From NCBI GenBank assembly GCA_000004985.1, contig GG738894.1: 64,000 nucleotides of DNA. The stretch is one strand, 5' to 3'. How positions within the stretch are numbered: position 1 is the first letter of the stretch; the number at the start of each line of letters is the position of its first letter. The notes below the pieces were generated by a model. That model saw only the letters and a list, made by a program, of their open reading frames with translations. It did not search any database and had not been told where the DNA came from. Shown here piece after piece: positions 33,432 to 44,854 of the stretch. A program made the position numbers and the translations under genes. The stretch comes from Naegleria gruberi (lineage: Eukaryota).

Positions 33432-35348
33432 TCATTTCCAAAATCTTTTAATAATAAACTCCATAATTTCTCTATCAAAATAAAACTTCTCTGGTAAACG
33501 TGATAAATCTAATGAATTCTTAATTGCTACCATTACTATTTCTCTACAATATTTTAATTGTTTTGCGTACTGAAGTGCATTACCATTTTGTTGAACTGCC
33601 TCCATTACAATAGAGAAAGTATTAAGCAATTTCTTGTTAGCATGGACGAGTGCCATACCATTTTCTTTTACTGCTTCTTGAACTATTTCTCTATCTTTTC
33701 TTAAACTGTGTGAAACAAACGCCAAAGTACTACCATTCAATTTGACAGCTAATAGTGCTATTTCTCTATCATTTTTTAGCAAATTCTTCGACGCATATCT
33801 AAGAGATTCCGGAGAATTTTTGATTGCAGCACTTACCACTTCTCTATTATTTTTCACCTCTTCGGATGCATATTGAAGGGCAAGTCCATTTTGGTTGACT
33901 GCTTTCATTACAATATCAAAATCGTTTCTCAATTCTTCACTGGCGAATCTAAGTGCACATCCGTCTTTACTGATAGCAGGTATAATTACTTCTCTATCAT
34001 TTTGCAATATTTTTGATATGATTTTCAGTGCATTGCTATTTTGTTGAACAGCAATCATTGCAATTTCCTTATCATTTTTGAAGAACTCATTAAGTGCAAT
34101 ACCACAATTTTTCACAGCTAAAATTGCAAATTCTCGATCTTTCTGTAATTCATTTGATACATAGATAAAAGCTGCTCCATTCTTCGTTACAGTTTCTCTT
34201 ACAATATCTCTATTGTTTTTCAATTCATCAGATGCATATTGAATGGCATAACTATTTTGTCTGACAGCTGCCATTACAACGTTGTAATCATTTTTCAATT
34301 TATCTGAAGCATACTGGAGTGCATATCCATCTTGCATGACAGCTGTTAGAACTATTTCTTTGTCATTTTTTAATTGCTCTGAACAGTGAGTTAGCATAGA
34401 TCCACTCCTCTTAACTGCTTCTAAAATTATTTCTCTATCGTTTTTCAATGCTATATAACCTAACATATTTGGATTATTCTGAATGGATTTCATAACTATT
34501 TCTCTATCATTTTTAAATTCATGGGAAAACGGAATGTTTTTACAATACGGAATTGAGAAAAGAATTAGTTCTCTATCATTTTGTAATTCTTTAGATGCAA
34601 ACCGCAATGTAATAGGAAAGGTCATCATTGCTTGTTTAACAATTTCTCTGTCGTTTTTAAAATCAGAATTAAGGGATATGATTTCTGAGCCATTATTCAT
34701 AACTACTTGCATGGCCATTTCTCTATCATTTTCAAATTGTGGAAAGTCATGTAATTTCATTCCATATGTTTTTATAATATTCAGAACAATGGCTCTATTT
34801 TGTTTCATTCTTATAGGTATTGAATGAATATCAAGTAGACGTTTATCAATGCTCTTCATGACAAATAATTCATTACTCCATAACTTTAATGCTTTCAATA
34901 TTAGACGAATAGGACGATATTCAATTTTTAATAAATTCAAAACAGTTTCAAATACATAAAATCCATCACGTTTTAGATCAATTCCAGAATGGAGAAAATC
35001 AATATCATCCTCATCATCCGAATGTTCATATTCCTCTTCCTCCTCCTCCTCATTATCATCACTATCATCCTCATTATCATCCATTCTACTAATATTCCGA
35101 ATCTTGTACCATCTTTTCATAAACTCTAAAAGATATGGTGCAAATATCGTTTCGAATTTATCTTTAACGTCTGCAATTTTCTTCATTAATAATTTGGATT
35201 CAAATGACAAATCCAAGTAAACTTGCACCTGTTCTGATGATTGGAGGAATTTACCTTTCTTAATGTGATTGGACATGAGGAAGTGATCATTTAGATGATT
35301 TCTCTTCATTTTTTTTAATATTGTAAAGATGTTTAATAAACATTTCAT
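33432..35348 (-). CDS. DUF4116-like tandem-repeat protein (about 15 repeats) with acidic D/E-rich N-terminal region
   Basis: Repeats: NDREIVMKSIQNNPNMLGYIALKNDREIILEAVKRSGSMLTHCSEQLKNDKEIVLTAVMQDGYALQYASDKLKNDYNVVMAAVRQNSYAIQYASDELKNNRDIVRETVTKNGAAFIYVSNELQKDREFAILAV.... Start is ATG at complement(35348) (MKCLLNIF) or at complement(35308) (MKRNHL). The track ORF to 35501 has no upstream ATG. Confidence 0.6.
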   Translation of the reverse strand: MKCLLNIFTILKKMKRNHLNDHFLMSNHIKKGKFLQSSEQVQVYLDLSFESKLLMKKIADVKDKFETIFAPYLLEFMKRWYKIRNISRMDDNEDDSDDNEEEEEEEYEHSDDEDDIDFLHSGIDLKRDGFYVFETVLNLLKIEYRPIRLILKALKLWSNELFVMKSIDKRLLDIHSIPIRMKQNRAIVLNIIKTYGMKLHDFPQFENDREMAMQVVMNNGSEIISLNSDFKNDREIVKQAMMTFPITLRFASKELQNDRELILFSIPYCKNIPFSHEFKNDREIVMKSIQNNPNMLGYIALKNDREIILEAVKRSGSMLTHCSEQLKNDKEIVLTAVMQDGYALQYASDKLKNDYNVVMAAVRQNSYAIQYASDELKNNRDIVRETVTKNGAAFIYVSNELQKDREFAILAVKNCGIALNEFFKNDKEIAMIAVQQNSNALKIISKILQNDREVIIPAISKDGCALRFASEELRNDFDIVMKAVNQNGLALQYASEEVKNNREVVSAAIKNSPESLRYASKNLLKNDREIALLAVKLNGSTLAFVSHSLRKDREIVQEAVKENGMALVHANKKLLNTFSIVMEAVQQNGNALQYAKQLKYCREIVMVAIKNSLDLSRLPEKFYFDREIMEFIIKRFWK

Positions 35349-35358
35349 ATTATAAAAA

Positions 35359-35832
35359 ATGCCTCCACGTAAAAGCACCCGATCTTCAGCATCATCGTCT
35401 TCATCTTCTACGGGGAACACTACCAAGAAACAAACCAAACTTATTCCGCCACCACAACCTCCATCATCAATGTTTTTACCACCTCCACAACCGAGACTCA
35501 TTCATCATCAAAATAATTCATCTCTTGGACCAACTCCATCACCTGTTCCGACACGTGGAGATCCATTATTAGCTTTGGCTGGTATTGCTGATAATGAACT
35601 GAGTGATTTAATGTATGAAGAAGTCACTGAAATGATTCTACAAAAAACAAAAGGAAAATCAAATGTGGAACAAGCAGCCTTTATGAGACAATTATTGGAA
35701 GGAACAGATTTTAAAAAAGATTTTGAGAGAAGGATGGAACGCAAATTTCCAGTGTTGGATAATATTTTGAATGGAAAAATTAAATTAGAAAAGAAGCAAG
35801 ACTTGGTGGAAATGGAAATTATTGATGATTAA
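35359..35832 (+). CDS. Small Ser/Pro-rich hypothetical protein (157 aa)
   Basis: ATG at 35359 (aaaaaATGcct). S/P-rich N-terminal half, charged helical C-terminal half. Confidence 0.4.
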   Translation: MPPRKSTRSSASSSSSSTGNTTKKQTKLIPPPQPPSSMFLPPPQPRLIHHQNNSSLGPTPSPVPTRGDPLLALAGIADNELSDLMYEEVTEMILQKTKGKSNVEQAAFMRQLLEGTDFKKDFERRMERKFPVLDNILNGKIKLEKKQDLVEMEIIDD

Positions 35833-35848
35833 TTATTTTCAAATTTGT

Positions 35849-37342
35849 TTAACTAATTCTACCGAAATATTTATGTTGTAAAAATTTGATAAGCTTTTTT
35901 GTTTCCATTCTCAGGAAGGAAAGCTTAACAACAAGAGAATCTCTATGTGTTGGACTATATTCTATAGCAAGTAGAACTTCAGTAGCTATACCTGGCTCTT
36001 TTGCATAGGGGTGATACTGAGAGAATAATTCATGCCTCACTGGGGATAGTAGAAAATAGGCTGATGCGTCCCTGTTAATTTCTTTGGTTTGTTCATAGAT
36101 TTGGAGTGCTCTCTTCCAATTTTCAATCACATAATAAATTTCAGCACATTCACACATTATTTCAACTTTGGCAGAGGTACAGGCAATTAATTGAATACAC
36201 TTTTCAAAATCTTTCAGGGCACTTTCGTGTCGGAGGAGATGGGTATAAACATCACCTCTATTTCTATGAATGAGAACATAGTTTGGAAATAAATTAGCTC
36301 CAGAAGTAAGAGTTTTCAGTGCACCACTTGGATCATTGAATGATTGAACTCTTCCCAAATTATTGTACAGAATAGCCATTTCACTATCAAAAAAGAGTCC
36401 TTCATATTTGTGATTCAATCCACACGAGTAGAAACTAATAGATTTCTGAACTCTTTCCTCTCCTCTCTCCAAGTATAAATTTCCACACCAAACCAGAGGT
36501 ACGAAAATACTTTCCCTACAAACTCTATAACACTTTAAGCATTGTTTGAAATGATGAATTGCACTCTGTGAATCATAATTTGAATACAATTCCAATCCTT
36601 TCAAAGCATGAAACCAAAACTCGTTCATGGTTGTATTTGAACAATGATGGAAAGCAAATCGTATTGTTCTTGCTATGGAAATTCTATCATTCTTTGACCA
36701 AAAGAATACACATTTCCTAAAGTAAGCATAACAATAGGTTGGCATTAATCTAATTGCTCTATCAATATTCGATATTGCTTCCTTATCATTTCTTGTATTG
36801 ATAGAATTATCAAACAATTGAATATAATACAAATATTCGGGATTTTTGATTATTGCATAAACTGTTTGATATTTAAATTCGGAATTTCTCTCAATCATTG
36901 TTTGTGTTGGTTGCAAATATTCCTTCTCCTCACAATCATTTATACTTTGAATCAGGTCTTCAATATCCTTTTCCAATGTATTATTATTATTACTTCTTCC
37001 CAAATATTGTTCTTGCTGATGATTATCATAAGTTATTGTACAAACATCATCTCCTAATATTTCCTGTAATTCATCGGGTGACTCTCTCAACAATTCTCTA
37101 ACAATCACATTGGATCTTGGCTGTATTGATAACTTGTATCGATAATTATTATTATCATCAACTGCATCGTGGTGATCAAGTTTTTCACGACAAGCTAAAA
37201 AACATGAAACTGAAAATTCCTTCAATTTTGAATGAATACCAGGTATTGTGTCGACATCATCTTGTTCTGTTTGTTGAAGTGATGCACTAGGCAGTTGTTT
37301 TACTTGAGAATCTTTTTTTCTGAGTTGTTCCATTTTTTGCAT
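35849..37342 (-). CDS. TPR-like repeat hypothetical protein (497 aa)
   Basis: ATG at complement(37342): MQKMEQLRKK. TPR-like helices include AILYNNLGRVQSFNDPSGALKTLTSGANLFPNYVLIHRNRGDVYTHLLRHESALKDFEKCIQL. Confidence 0.5.
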   Translation of the reverse strand: MQKMEQLRKKDSQVKQLPSASLQQTEQDDVDTIPGIHSKLKEFSVSCFLACREKLDHHDAVDDNNNYRYKLSIQPRSNVIVRELLRESPDELQEILGDDVCTITYDNHQQEQYLGRSNNNNTLEKDIEDLIQSINDCEEKEYLQPTQTMIERNSEFKYQTVYAIIKNPEYLYYIQLFDNSINTRNDKEAISNIDRAIRLMPTYCYAYFRKCVFFWSKNDRISIARTIRFAFHHCSNTTMNEFWFHALKGLELYSNYDSQSAIHHFKQCLKCYRVCRESIFVPLVWCGNLYLERGEERVQKSISFYSCGLNHKYEGLFFDSEMAILYNNLGRVQSFNDPSGALKTLTSGANLFPNYVLIHRNRGDVYTHLLRHESALKDFEKCIQLIACTSAKVEIMCECAEIYYVIENWKRALQIYEQTKEINRDASAYFLLSPVRHELFSQYHPYAKEPGIATEVLLAIEYSPTHRDSLVVKLSFLRMETKKLIKFLQHKYFGRIS

Positions 37343-37478
37343 TTTAAATATAATATTATTAAACTTTTGTTAAAAATCTTAATGCAACAATTTCAAAATT
37401 TTAAAGGCAATTATCCTATTACTGATTGCCAAAAAATCTTGTGGATTCAACCAATATCAGTACAAGTTTATTGGAATG

Positions 37479-40124
37479 TTACAAAAAGTATGAAATAAGG
37501 CAGAAAAGGAGGTAGAGAACAAAGCCAATGAATATAAGAGAGACTCCCCAGAAAGCTTCGGTCACTGGAAGGAGAGTTCTCTTGTTGAGAACAGATTCTA
37601 TTTGTTTCTTGTACTCAACACTTAATTTAAGATGATCTTCATTTTCTGAGATGAGCATCTTTTGGAAAAGGAATGGTCTACCTGTTGAAATAGCTTGCAG
37701 CTTAACAGGCATAACACCAGTAACCATTCCAGATGGTCCATTACTGGTGATGTTTGAAGATGAAGCACCACCAAATCCATCCTCTGATCCAGAGTCTGAT
37801 GCAGAATCATCCTCATCCTCATCACTATATGCTAATTCATCGTCACTGTATGCCCTTTCATCTTCCTCAAAAAATCCTGGGGAAGAAGATCTATTTCGAG
37901 AAATATTTCTTGCTTGTTGTTGGTATTGCATTTGTGGTGGAGGTGAGTATACATTTGATTGTGGCATGTAGACATTTGACATCATTTGCATCATTGGTTG
38001 TTGTTGTTGAAGTTGCTGCTTAGCTTGAGGTCTAATAGAATTAGAAATATTGTATCCTCCTAGGGAATGTGCAGATGATGCTTCAGTGGAAATCAATGAT
38101 TTGACTGTTGGTGTAGTGTCAAATGAGTTGACTTCCTTCATGGATCCTTCAAATTCACCATAATTATAATTATCTGGTAAGTTGACGACATAGTATGATT
38201 TGTTTGTTGGAATGTTGAATTTTGGAAGGACAACTTCAAGTCTTCCAGAATCCTTCATCAACTCTGATACTGGAACAGTATAGAAGAGTTCAACTGAGAA
38301 AATCATATCACTTGTTCCGCGTTTGAGTGGCACAAGAATATTGCCTTCCTTATCAATTGCAGGTCTAACAATTTCTGATTTGACACTGGTACTGAAGAGA
38401 CTATACTTCACTCCTGGTGGTACGAGTTGAACTCTAGCATAGTTTTGACTTGAATTCTTTACCTTCATAGCAACATAGTAGAATAAGAAACCACTGTCAC
38501 TATATGTAACAGTGAATACAGCCTCTTGAATAACAGCAACCAAAACAGCCACTTCGTCGTGTTTCTTAATCTCTAAGAATAAATCATTTCCAACAGATTG
38601 TAAAAACTTGTAACCAAAAAGTAAGGAATCGCATGCCTTGGAAGTAATTTTTTGTGGTAATTCTGTTGGGGCAAGTTTGGTGAAACCAACATATTTCAAT
38701 TCATTGATTTCAACATTTTGAACTGCCTCAATTCCAACGAAACCCTTATCTCTATTTACATTCATACAACTAAATGTTGGAAGGTGAGTCTTACAACTTT
38801 CACTTGTATCTCTTTCTGCCAATAATCTCAATTGATAACTTCCTTCAACACCTGTATCCAAAGTAACCTTCAAGAAGAAATCACCATAATTTGCAGCTGT
38901 TTGCAAGAAGGAAGAATTGGTGTTATCAGAGTGGACAGAGTTGAGTAATTGAATTGAATAGTTACTTTCACTTTGGTTATCATTTACAGCTTGTCTTGGG
39001 GCATTACTTTGAGCGGTGTTAGATTTCAATTTTTTAACTTCCCAATTCTTAATGTTTCTTCCTTCAACTTTAAGAATTCTGATTGGACAAGCATCCTTAT
39101 CGTTAAACTTGTCTTGTGGGGAAGTCTTGAATTGGAATAATACAAATAGGGTATTTACAGATCCATTTACAATAGTATAATCCATATCGACTGAAGATGA
39201 GATTAAACCATTTCCAATACTATGAAGAACATGTTGATCAACACTGACATTTAGTTGCTTTTCTTCTTTCTTTTCTTCCTTCTTCTCGACTTTTTCATTT
39301 ACCTTTTGAGCTTTCAAGATTTCTTGAATAACCTTCTCCGATCTTGTCCAATACAGAGAAAGTTTATGAGTAGGAGGGAACAAGCAATCTGTCAAGATGG
39401 TTCTCTTCTTTCTGTTTGATTCTTCAAATTTAGTCTTGAAACCTGAGGATGGCTCAACGTGAATGTCATAATAATCACCATCAATTTCAAAACGTCTCAA
39501 ATGATTTCTTGGAGTTGTGAATGGGAAATTAATTTCCAAGGATTTCTTTTGATCAGTTTGATATGGTACACACAAATTCAAAGTAACATGATAACGGCCC
39601 TTTTCATTGGTGTGTAAACAGTATGAGTTATCAAATACACCAATAAAACCAACATTATTTTCAAGAGCAACTTCTTCCTCTTGATCTCTCTCGAAATAAG
39701 TAGAAATATTTCCATTGGTTGTGTCAACTGGTTTGACATTCTTTTCCTTTTGAACTGAATAATCTAAAACAGTAAACTTTTCATTTACATTAAATAACTT
39801 GAACTTGGCATATTTGTCAACTAAAACCATAACACATAATTTACATTTCAAAGTGACTTTATCCTTCTCAGTCTTTCCTTCAATATCCATTTCTTGGAGC
39901 ATATGTTTAAAAGGAGGTTCCTTTGCTTGACTAGTACTAATATCATCAAGTACATTAGAATAAGTATCATAGGCAGACAATAAAGTCAAGAATTGATTCA
40001 ATGGCACCTCGACTTGATCTTTCTCATCAAATTTTGGTGGTTCTTGTTTCATGGATTTTTCATCCTGATCAGCCACGATCATGGACGGAATTTCATCATT
40101 AGATGACGATGATGATGATGACAT
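37479..40124 (-). CDS. Large hypothetical type-I/C-terminally anchored membrane protein (881 aa)
   Basis: ATG at complement(40124): MSSSSSSSNDE. Acidic S/D-rich juxtamembrane region and single C-terminal TM VSLIFIGFVLYLLFCLISYFL. No recognised catalytic motif. Confidence 0.5.
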   Translation of the reverse strand: MSSSSSSSNDEIPSMIVADQDEKSMKQEPPKFDEKDQVEVPLNQFLTLLSAYDTYSNVLDDISTSQAKEPPFKHMLQEMDIEGKTEKDKVTLKCKLCVMVLVDKYAKFKLFNVNEKFTVLDYSVQKEKNVKPVDTTNGNISTYFERDQEEEVALENNVGFIGVFDNSYCLHTNEKGRYHVTLNLCVPYQTDQKKSLEINFPFTTPRNHLRRFEIDGDYYDIHVEPSSGFKTKFEESNRKKRTILTDCLFPPTHKLSLYWTRSEKVIQEILKAQKVNEKVEKKEEKKEEKQLNVSVDQHVLHSIGNGLISSSVDMDYTIVNGSVNTLFVLFQFKTSPQDKFNDKDACPIRILKVEGRNIKNWEVKKLKSNTAQSNAPRQAVNDNQSESNYSIQLLNSVHSDNTNSSFLQTAANYGDFFLKVTLDTGVEGSYQLRLLAERDTSESCKTHLPTFSCMNVNRDKGFVGIEAVQNVEINELKYVGFTKLAPTELPQKITSKACDSLLFGYKFLQSVGNDLFLEIKKHDEVAVLVAVIQEAVFTVTYSDSGFLFYYVAMKVKNSSQNYARVQLVPPGVKYSLFSTSVKSEIVRPAIDKEGNILVPLKRGTSDMIFSVELFYTVPVSELMKDSGRLEVVLPKFNIPTNKSYYVVNLPDNYNYGEFEGSMKEVNSFDTTPTVKSLISTEASSAHSLGGYNISNSIRPQAKQQLQQQQPMMQMMSNVYMPQSNVYSPPPQMQYQQQARNISRNRSSSPGFFEEDERAYSDDELAYSDEDEDDSASDSGSEDGFGGASSSNITSNGPSGMVTGVMPVKLQAISTGRPFLFQKMLISENEDHLKLSVEYKKQIESVLNKRTLLPVTEAFWGVSLIFIGFVLYLLFCLISYFL

Positions 40125-40473
40125 TTACAAAGAGTGTTATTATTATTGTGTGATGCTGGTTGATCAATAAGTTATCTTCGTCTCCTAACACCTGTGTGAT
40201 GGTACAAGATTAGACGATTTTTTTTTGTGTTGTTTTCAAAAAGAGTTCATCCCATGTGCCGAGTTCACCTGCTTCTTATTTTTGCTGCACACAAATTTGT
40301 TATCTCAAGGTTCACCACATTAAATTATATTGAATTAATATTTTGTAATATATTAAACAAAATAATAATGATAGGGTTTACAACTTGTTTGGGAAATCTA
40401 TTCTTGCAATATTCCTATCAATTTATTGAATTAATTGATGATTTTGTATTGTTAATGCAAGTATTGCGAATGA

Positions 40474-42011
40474 GTGATTGATCATTTACGATTATTTCCG
40501 AATAATGATAGCAAGATTCCAAAAAGATGGAAAGGACACCGAGTGTTGATCATGTTTTTAGCAAAATATAAATCATTGGGATGTTATTATTCGAAATTGG
40601 AGGATTATGGAAGTTTGGTGAATGATCCAGAAATAATGATGTGTATTATTGCAAGTTCTGGATTTGAAATGTGTCCAGAATTTGAAAAATATGTCAATGA
40701 TAGGGATTTCATGTTAGGTGTTTGTAAAGTGAATGGATATGCCATTAGATATGCAAGTAAGGAGTTGATCAAAAGATAAGGAACTTGCATTGGTTTCTAT
40801 TCGTTACAGTAATCGAGCATTCTCTTGTTGTGATGAATTATTGAGGAGAGCGATGCTTCTGTGTTGATTGCAGCTGCAGAACATGAATCATTTTCAGTGA
40901 GTGGTGAGCTATCAATAGAGAAGGAATATGTTTTAAAATTAATGGAAAATCATCCAAGTATTTTCTATAAACTCTCCAAACCTTTACAACAGGATCCTCA
41001 AATATTGGAATTGGCAGTTTCTAAAAAGTGTCGAGTATTGCAATATGCACCAGATTCGTTTAGGAAGGATAGAGAGTTTGTTTTGAAATGTGTTCGAAAC
41101 TTTAGAATTGAAAATTTGCTGATAGGAAATTCTTTAACTATGTCGAAATTGTTTATGAATCACTAAAGAACAGAACAATGGAAGATGTAGAGCAGTCTAA
41201 TCTCAAAGGTATCAAAAGGACAAACGAATTCTGTTAGAATACCTAAAATATTTGTTCTTATTGAATGGGGACGATATGCCTGACCTTAGTGATGTTTTAG
41301 AAATTATTAAGAAAGATAGGGAATTATCAGGGTGGGCTATTTTGATTTATCCTCAATATTTTCTCAAATCGATGCCATCCTGGTTGACGAAGAGTTCGTG
41401 TTGGAGGCGTTGAAGAGGAACCACAGATTAAGATCTATTAGAAAACTTCCTCGAGAGTTCATACAGAATGAAAAGGTCATGATCGAAGCAGTCAGGAATG
41501 GATTTATCTATTCTACAGTTGAGGAACCTCTTCGATCCAAGAGAAGTTTCGTTCTAGAATGTGCCAAAAATTCTAATATTTTCTATAATGAATTGAATCC
41601 ATCTCTCACAATTGATAAGGAAAATTATAGTGGAATTAGTGAAGAAGAATAGAGCTCGTCTTGAAGACCTTCAAGTTTCATTCCATTCAGACAGAGATGT
41701 CTTATTTGGAGCTATATTGAATATTAGCCAAGAGAATGCAATTCATTATAATTCAGATATTAGAGTTTATTGAGGAATGTGTAAAGACCTATCCAGAATT
41801 TGAGATTTCTGGCTATTTAATACTTGTTCAACAGCAAATACTGAAAGATCATTCTAGATTTTTGAGATTATTCGTGATTAATCCGAAAATTATTACTGTA
41901 TTATCTCCTGATAGAGAATTACTACAACTAGCCCTCCATAGCTATCCAGATTATAAGGCCAGAGTATTTGATCAACCTAAAACAGCATGCCTATCCTACT
42001 ATGTCTTTTAA
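40474..42011 (+). pseudogene. Fragmented DUF4116-like repeat locus (four ORF pieces; frame interrupted by stops/frameshift)
   Basis: Pieces at 40474..40779, 40861..41166, 41332..41652 (same frame, separated by stops) and 41736..42011 (other frame) all carry family motifs: DRDFMLGVCKVNGYAIRYASKEL; DREFVLKCV; EEFVLEALKRN...EKVMIEAVRNG...RSFVLECAKNS. I could not find a clean GT-AG solution joining them. Confidence 0.4.
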
Positions 42012-42082
42012 AATTTTTGGAGGAAAATTCCATTAGGGCAAGTTCACTCCTCTTGAGGAATTTATTGAAAATATATATCAAA

Positions 42083-42412
42083 TCACAAAACTAAAACAGT
42101 ACAAATTGTAGTGAGAGTAACCAAAAAGAGTACACCAACATTATTAAGAGATGTATCATTGGATAGTTCCTTCTTTGCCTTACATGCACCATTCAAACAA
42201 TAAGCGTCAGAAGCACATGTAACCACATTACAGCTTGCTCCACATGTGAAATTAGTTCTACAAATACATGAACCATTAGAACAATACATTTCAGGTAGGC
42301 ACATAATATCTGCACACTTTGGATCATCAGTTACTAATTGGGAACCATGTGCAAATGTGAGAGTGAGGGCCAGGCAGTAGAAGGCCATAAGGACAGTAAG
42401 GAAGGATTTCAT
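42083..42412 (-). CDS. Small secreted Cys-rich protein with hydrophobic C-terminus (possible GPI-anchor signal)
   Basis: ATG at complement(42412): MKSFLTVLMAFYCLALTLTFAHG (signal peptide). 14 Cys in about 70 residues (CADIMCLPEMYCSNGSCICRTNFTCGASCNVVTCASDAYCLNGAC). Hydrophobic tail VGVLFLVTLTTICTVLVL. Confidence 0.5.
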   Translation of the reverse strand: MKSFLTVLMAFYCLALTLTFAHGSQLVTDDPKCADIMCLPEMYCSNGSCICRTNFTCGASCNVVTCASDAYCLNGACKAKKELSNDTSLNNVGVLFLVTLTTICTVLVL

Positions 42413-42614
42413 TTTGTTTTTTTGGAAGTTGGTTCCAAGTAGTGCACAGCGAGTCAAACCACAAGAAATACGACGGGGGAACTCAATGAGTTTCGCAGCT
42501 GTTTCCTTAATAAAAAATCAAATAAATCCAACAACATCCTTATTTGTTCTACTTGCGAAGTGGGAATTTTTCCAACATGTGACATTTCTAATCATACATA
42601 TTCAAGACATTTGA

Positions 42615-43612
42615 TTATCTATAAGAAACAGCTTTATTATTATCATAGATATCACACAAGAAAGAGTCATCACCCAATCTACAGAAGAATTTCTTCAAAT
42701 CCATAACAAGCAAATCCTCTGTTTCATCATGAAAGCATCCACCATTTAAAGTTGTTGCATTTTCAGTAGCCTTCTGATGCGAATGTAAAGCTTCTGAATC
42801 AATATTATGATATTCCCATGGGGCAAGCCCGAATTTCTCAAATAATTCAATTAGATGGAAACAAATGATATGAACATAATCGGCAATACCATTAGCAGAC
42901 TCGCCTACATTCTTGTACATTGATTTGTGGAAAATCTCTAGAATAATTTTGGAAGAATATAATCATTAGCCTTATAAGTGTTCCAAACGTCTCTATCATC
43001 ATAGCACAACTTCCATACATCTTGAAAATTCCTCCATAATCGCTTTATATTATCATCTAATTTCGGCCTTTCAGCAATTTGTTGTTCTTGTTGCATTTGA
43101 GCAATACATTGAGATATTCTGGATAATGAACTTATTCTATTCCTCTCCTCAAAATATTTCTGCATAATTGGGAACCATACATCAAATGTGACAACGATTT
43201 TGTCTGTCATTTTGAATAGTAGTTGATTAAATTCAACTATTGTTGATCCAACTCCATTATTCCGTGCTTGATTTTGTGGGTTGGTTTCTTTAACCTTAAT
43301 ACCATTATTTGTCCAAACAATGTTATCATAATACAGTAACAAATCTGATCTGATATATGGTTTCATCAATTGCTTATTGAGGAATCTGTCGTCAATAGAT
43401 CCTGTGTTGAATAATGCTGCAAAATATCTCATATCATCTTCGTTCGAACCTATAGTTAATGCTAACATTGTATACATGATTCTATTCAATCCGTGAGCAA
43501 TACAAATACCAGTATTTTTCAAACTATACCCAATACAGTTCTTCCAATGATCATCCGTTCTTTTCCACTGCCAAATCTTCAAATCTTGGAATTTAAAATA
43601 AAACTTTCTCAT
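42615..43612 (-). CDS. Hypothetical protein, 5'-truncated by gap and containing a +1 frameshift near 42925-42940 (two ORF pieces)
   Basis: ORFs 42938..43612 and 42615..42920 read as one polypeptide if a 1-nt shift is allowed at ccaaaattattc (...YILPKLF* vs ...KIILEIFHKSMYKNVGESANG...). The upstream end enters the 591-N gap. Confidence 0.4.
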
Positions 43613-43644
43613 TTTCCATGAATAAAAACAAAATGGGCAAGTCG

Positions 43645-44235
43645 NNNNNNNNNNNNNNNNNNNNNNNNNNNNNNNNNNNNNNNNNNNNNNNNNNNNNNNN
43701 NNNNNNNNNNNNNNNNNNNNNNNNNNNNNNNNNNNNNNNNNNNNNNNNNNNNNNNNNNNNNNNNNNNNNNNNNNNNNNNNNNNNNNNNNNNNNNNNNNNN
43801 NNNNNNNNNNNNNNNNNNNNNNNNNNNNNNNNNNNNNNNNNNNNNNNNNNNNNNNNNNNNNNNNNNNNNNNNNNNNNNNNNNNNNNNNNNNNNNNNNNNN
43901 NNNNNNNNNNNNNNNNNNNNNNNNNNNNNNNNNNNNNNNNNNNNNNNNNNNNNNNNNNNNNNNNNNNNNNNNNNNNNNNNNNNNNNNNNNNNNNNNNNNN
44001 NNNNNNNNNNNNNNNNNNNNNNNNNNNNNNNNNNNNNNNNNNNNNNNNNNNNNNNNNNNNNNNNNNNNNNNNNNNNNNNNNNNNNNNNNNNNNNNNNNNN
44101 NNNNNNNNNNNNNNNNNNNNNNNNNNNNNNNNNNNNNNNNNNNNNNNNNNNNNNNNNNNNNNNNNNNNNNNNNNNNNNNNNNNNNNNNNNNNNNNNNNNN
44201 NNNNNNNNNNNNNNNNNNNNNNNNNNNNNNNNNNN
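43645..44235. other. Assembly gap (591 N)
   Basis: Run of N. Confidence 0.99.
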
Positions 44236-44467
44236 CATCATTAATATAATAGTAATAATAGTAATTTTATGTGGAAGTTTATCATTATGGAATTTGATAG
44301 TAATTTTGATATTGGAAAAATTCAAGTTGGTGAATCATCAGAACACACCATTATTTTTTACCATCATTTTTACAATAGTATTTGTGGATTTTAATTTGAG
44401 AATAGTGGCTAATATCTTCCAATGTACTATCAGAAATTCAAATGTGGCTCGATATTTGGACAAATAC

Positions 44468-44854
44468 TTAGTGAAACAACAAGATAATGAATAAACAGGT
44501 AGAAATGGATTGTTGTCCATCTATCATGTTGTTTTTATTGTTTAAATAATATATTGAAGGAAGAAGAAGCCTTAGGAGGCAAATAAACTCCTTTTTTTTG
44601 GTGTTGAATTTCTTTCTAACTACTGGTGATATTGGAATAGAAACCACACCAACATGCATACCAAACTCAATACTTGTAAACACTCTTTCTTCTTGCAATT
44701 TACGCAAGATACTTTTTATGCTATGGTTCCACTTCTCAGCAATACCATTAGCCTGGGGTCTTCCTGACGGGACATATTTCCATGAACATCCAGTAGCTTT
44801 AACAAAATCATCAATAATTTTGCTTTTGAACTCACCACCATTATCCGTGAGCAA
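44468..44854 (-). mobile_element. Remnant of a DDE (rve-type) integrase core, from an LTR-retrotransposon or other integrase-bearing element; 5'-truncated
   Basis: LTDNGGEFKSKIIDDFVKATGCSWKYVPSGRPQANGIAEKWNHSIKSIL matches the distal half of the retroviral-type integrase catalytic core (second D in DNGxEF; catalytic E in ANGxxE). An upstream in-frame stop at about 44862 and the neighbouring gene end at 44930 show it is a fragment. Confidence 0.6.

Noticed and set aside
43609-44325. Long ORFs (X-rich) reported across 43609-44325 and 60859-61601 on both strands
   Set aside because: They are produced by translating N runs (assembly gaps). They are not sequence.
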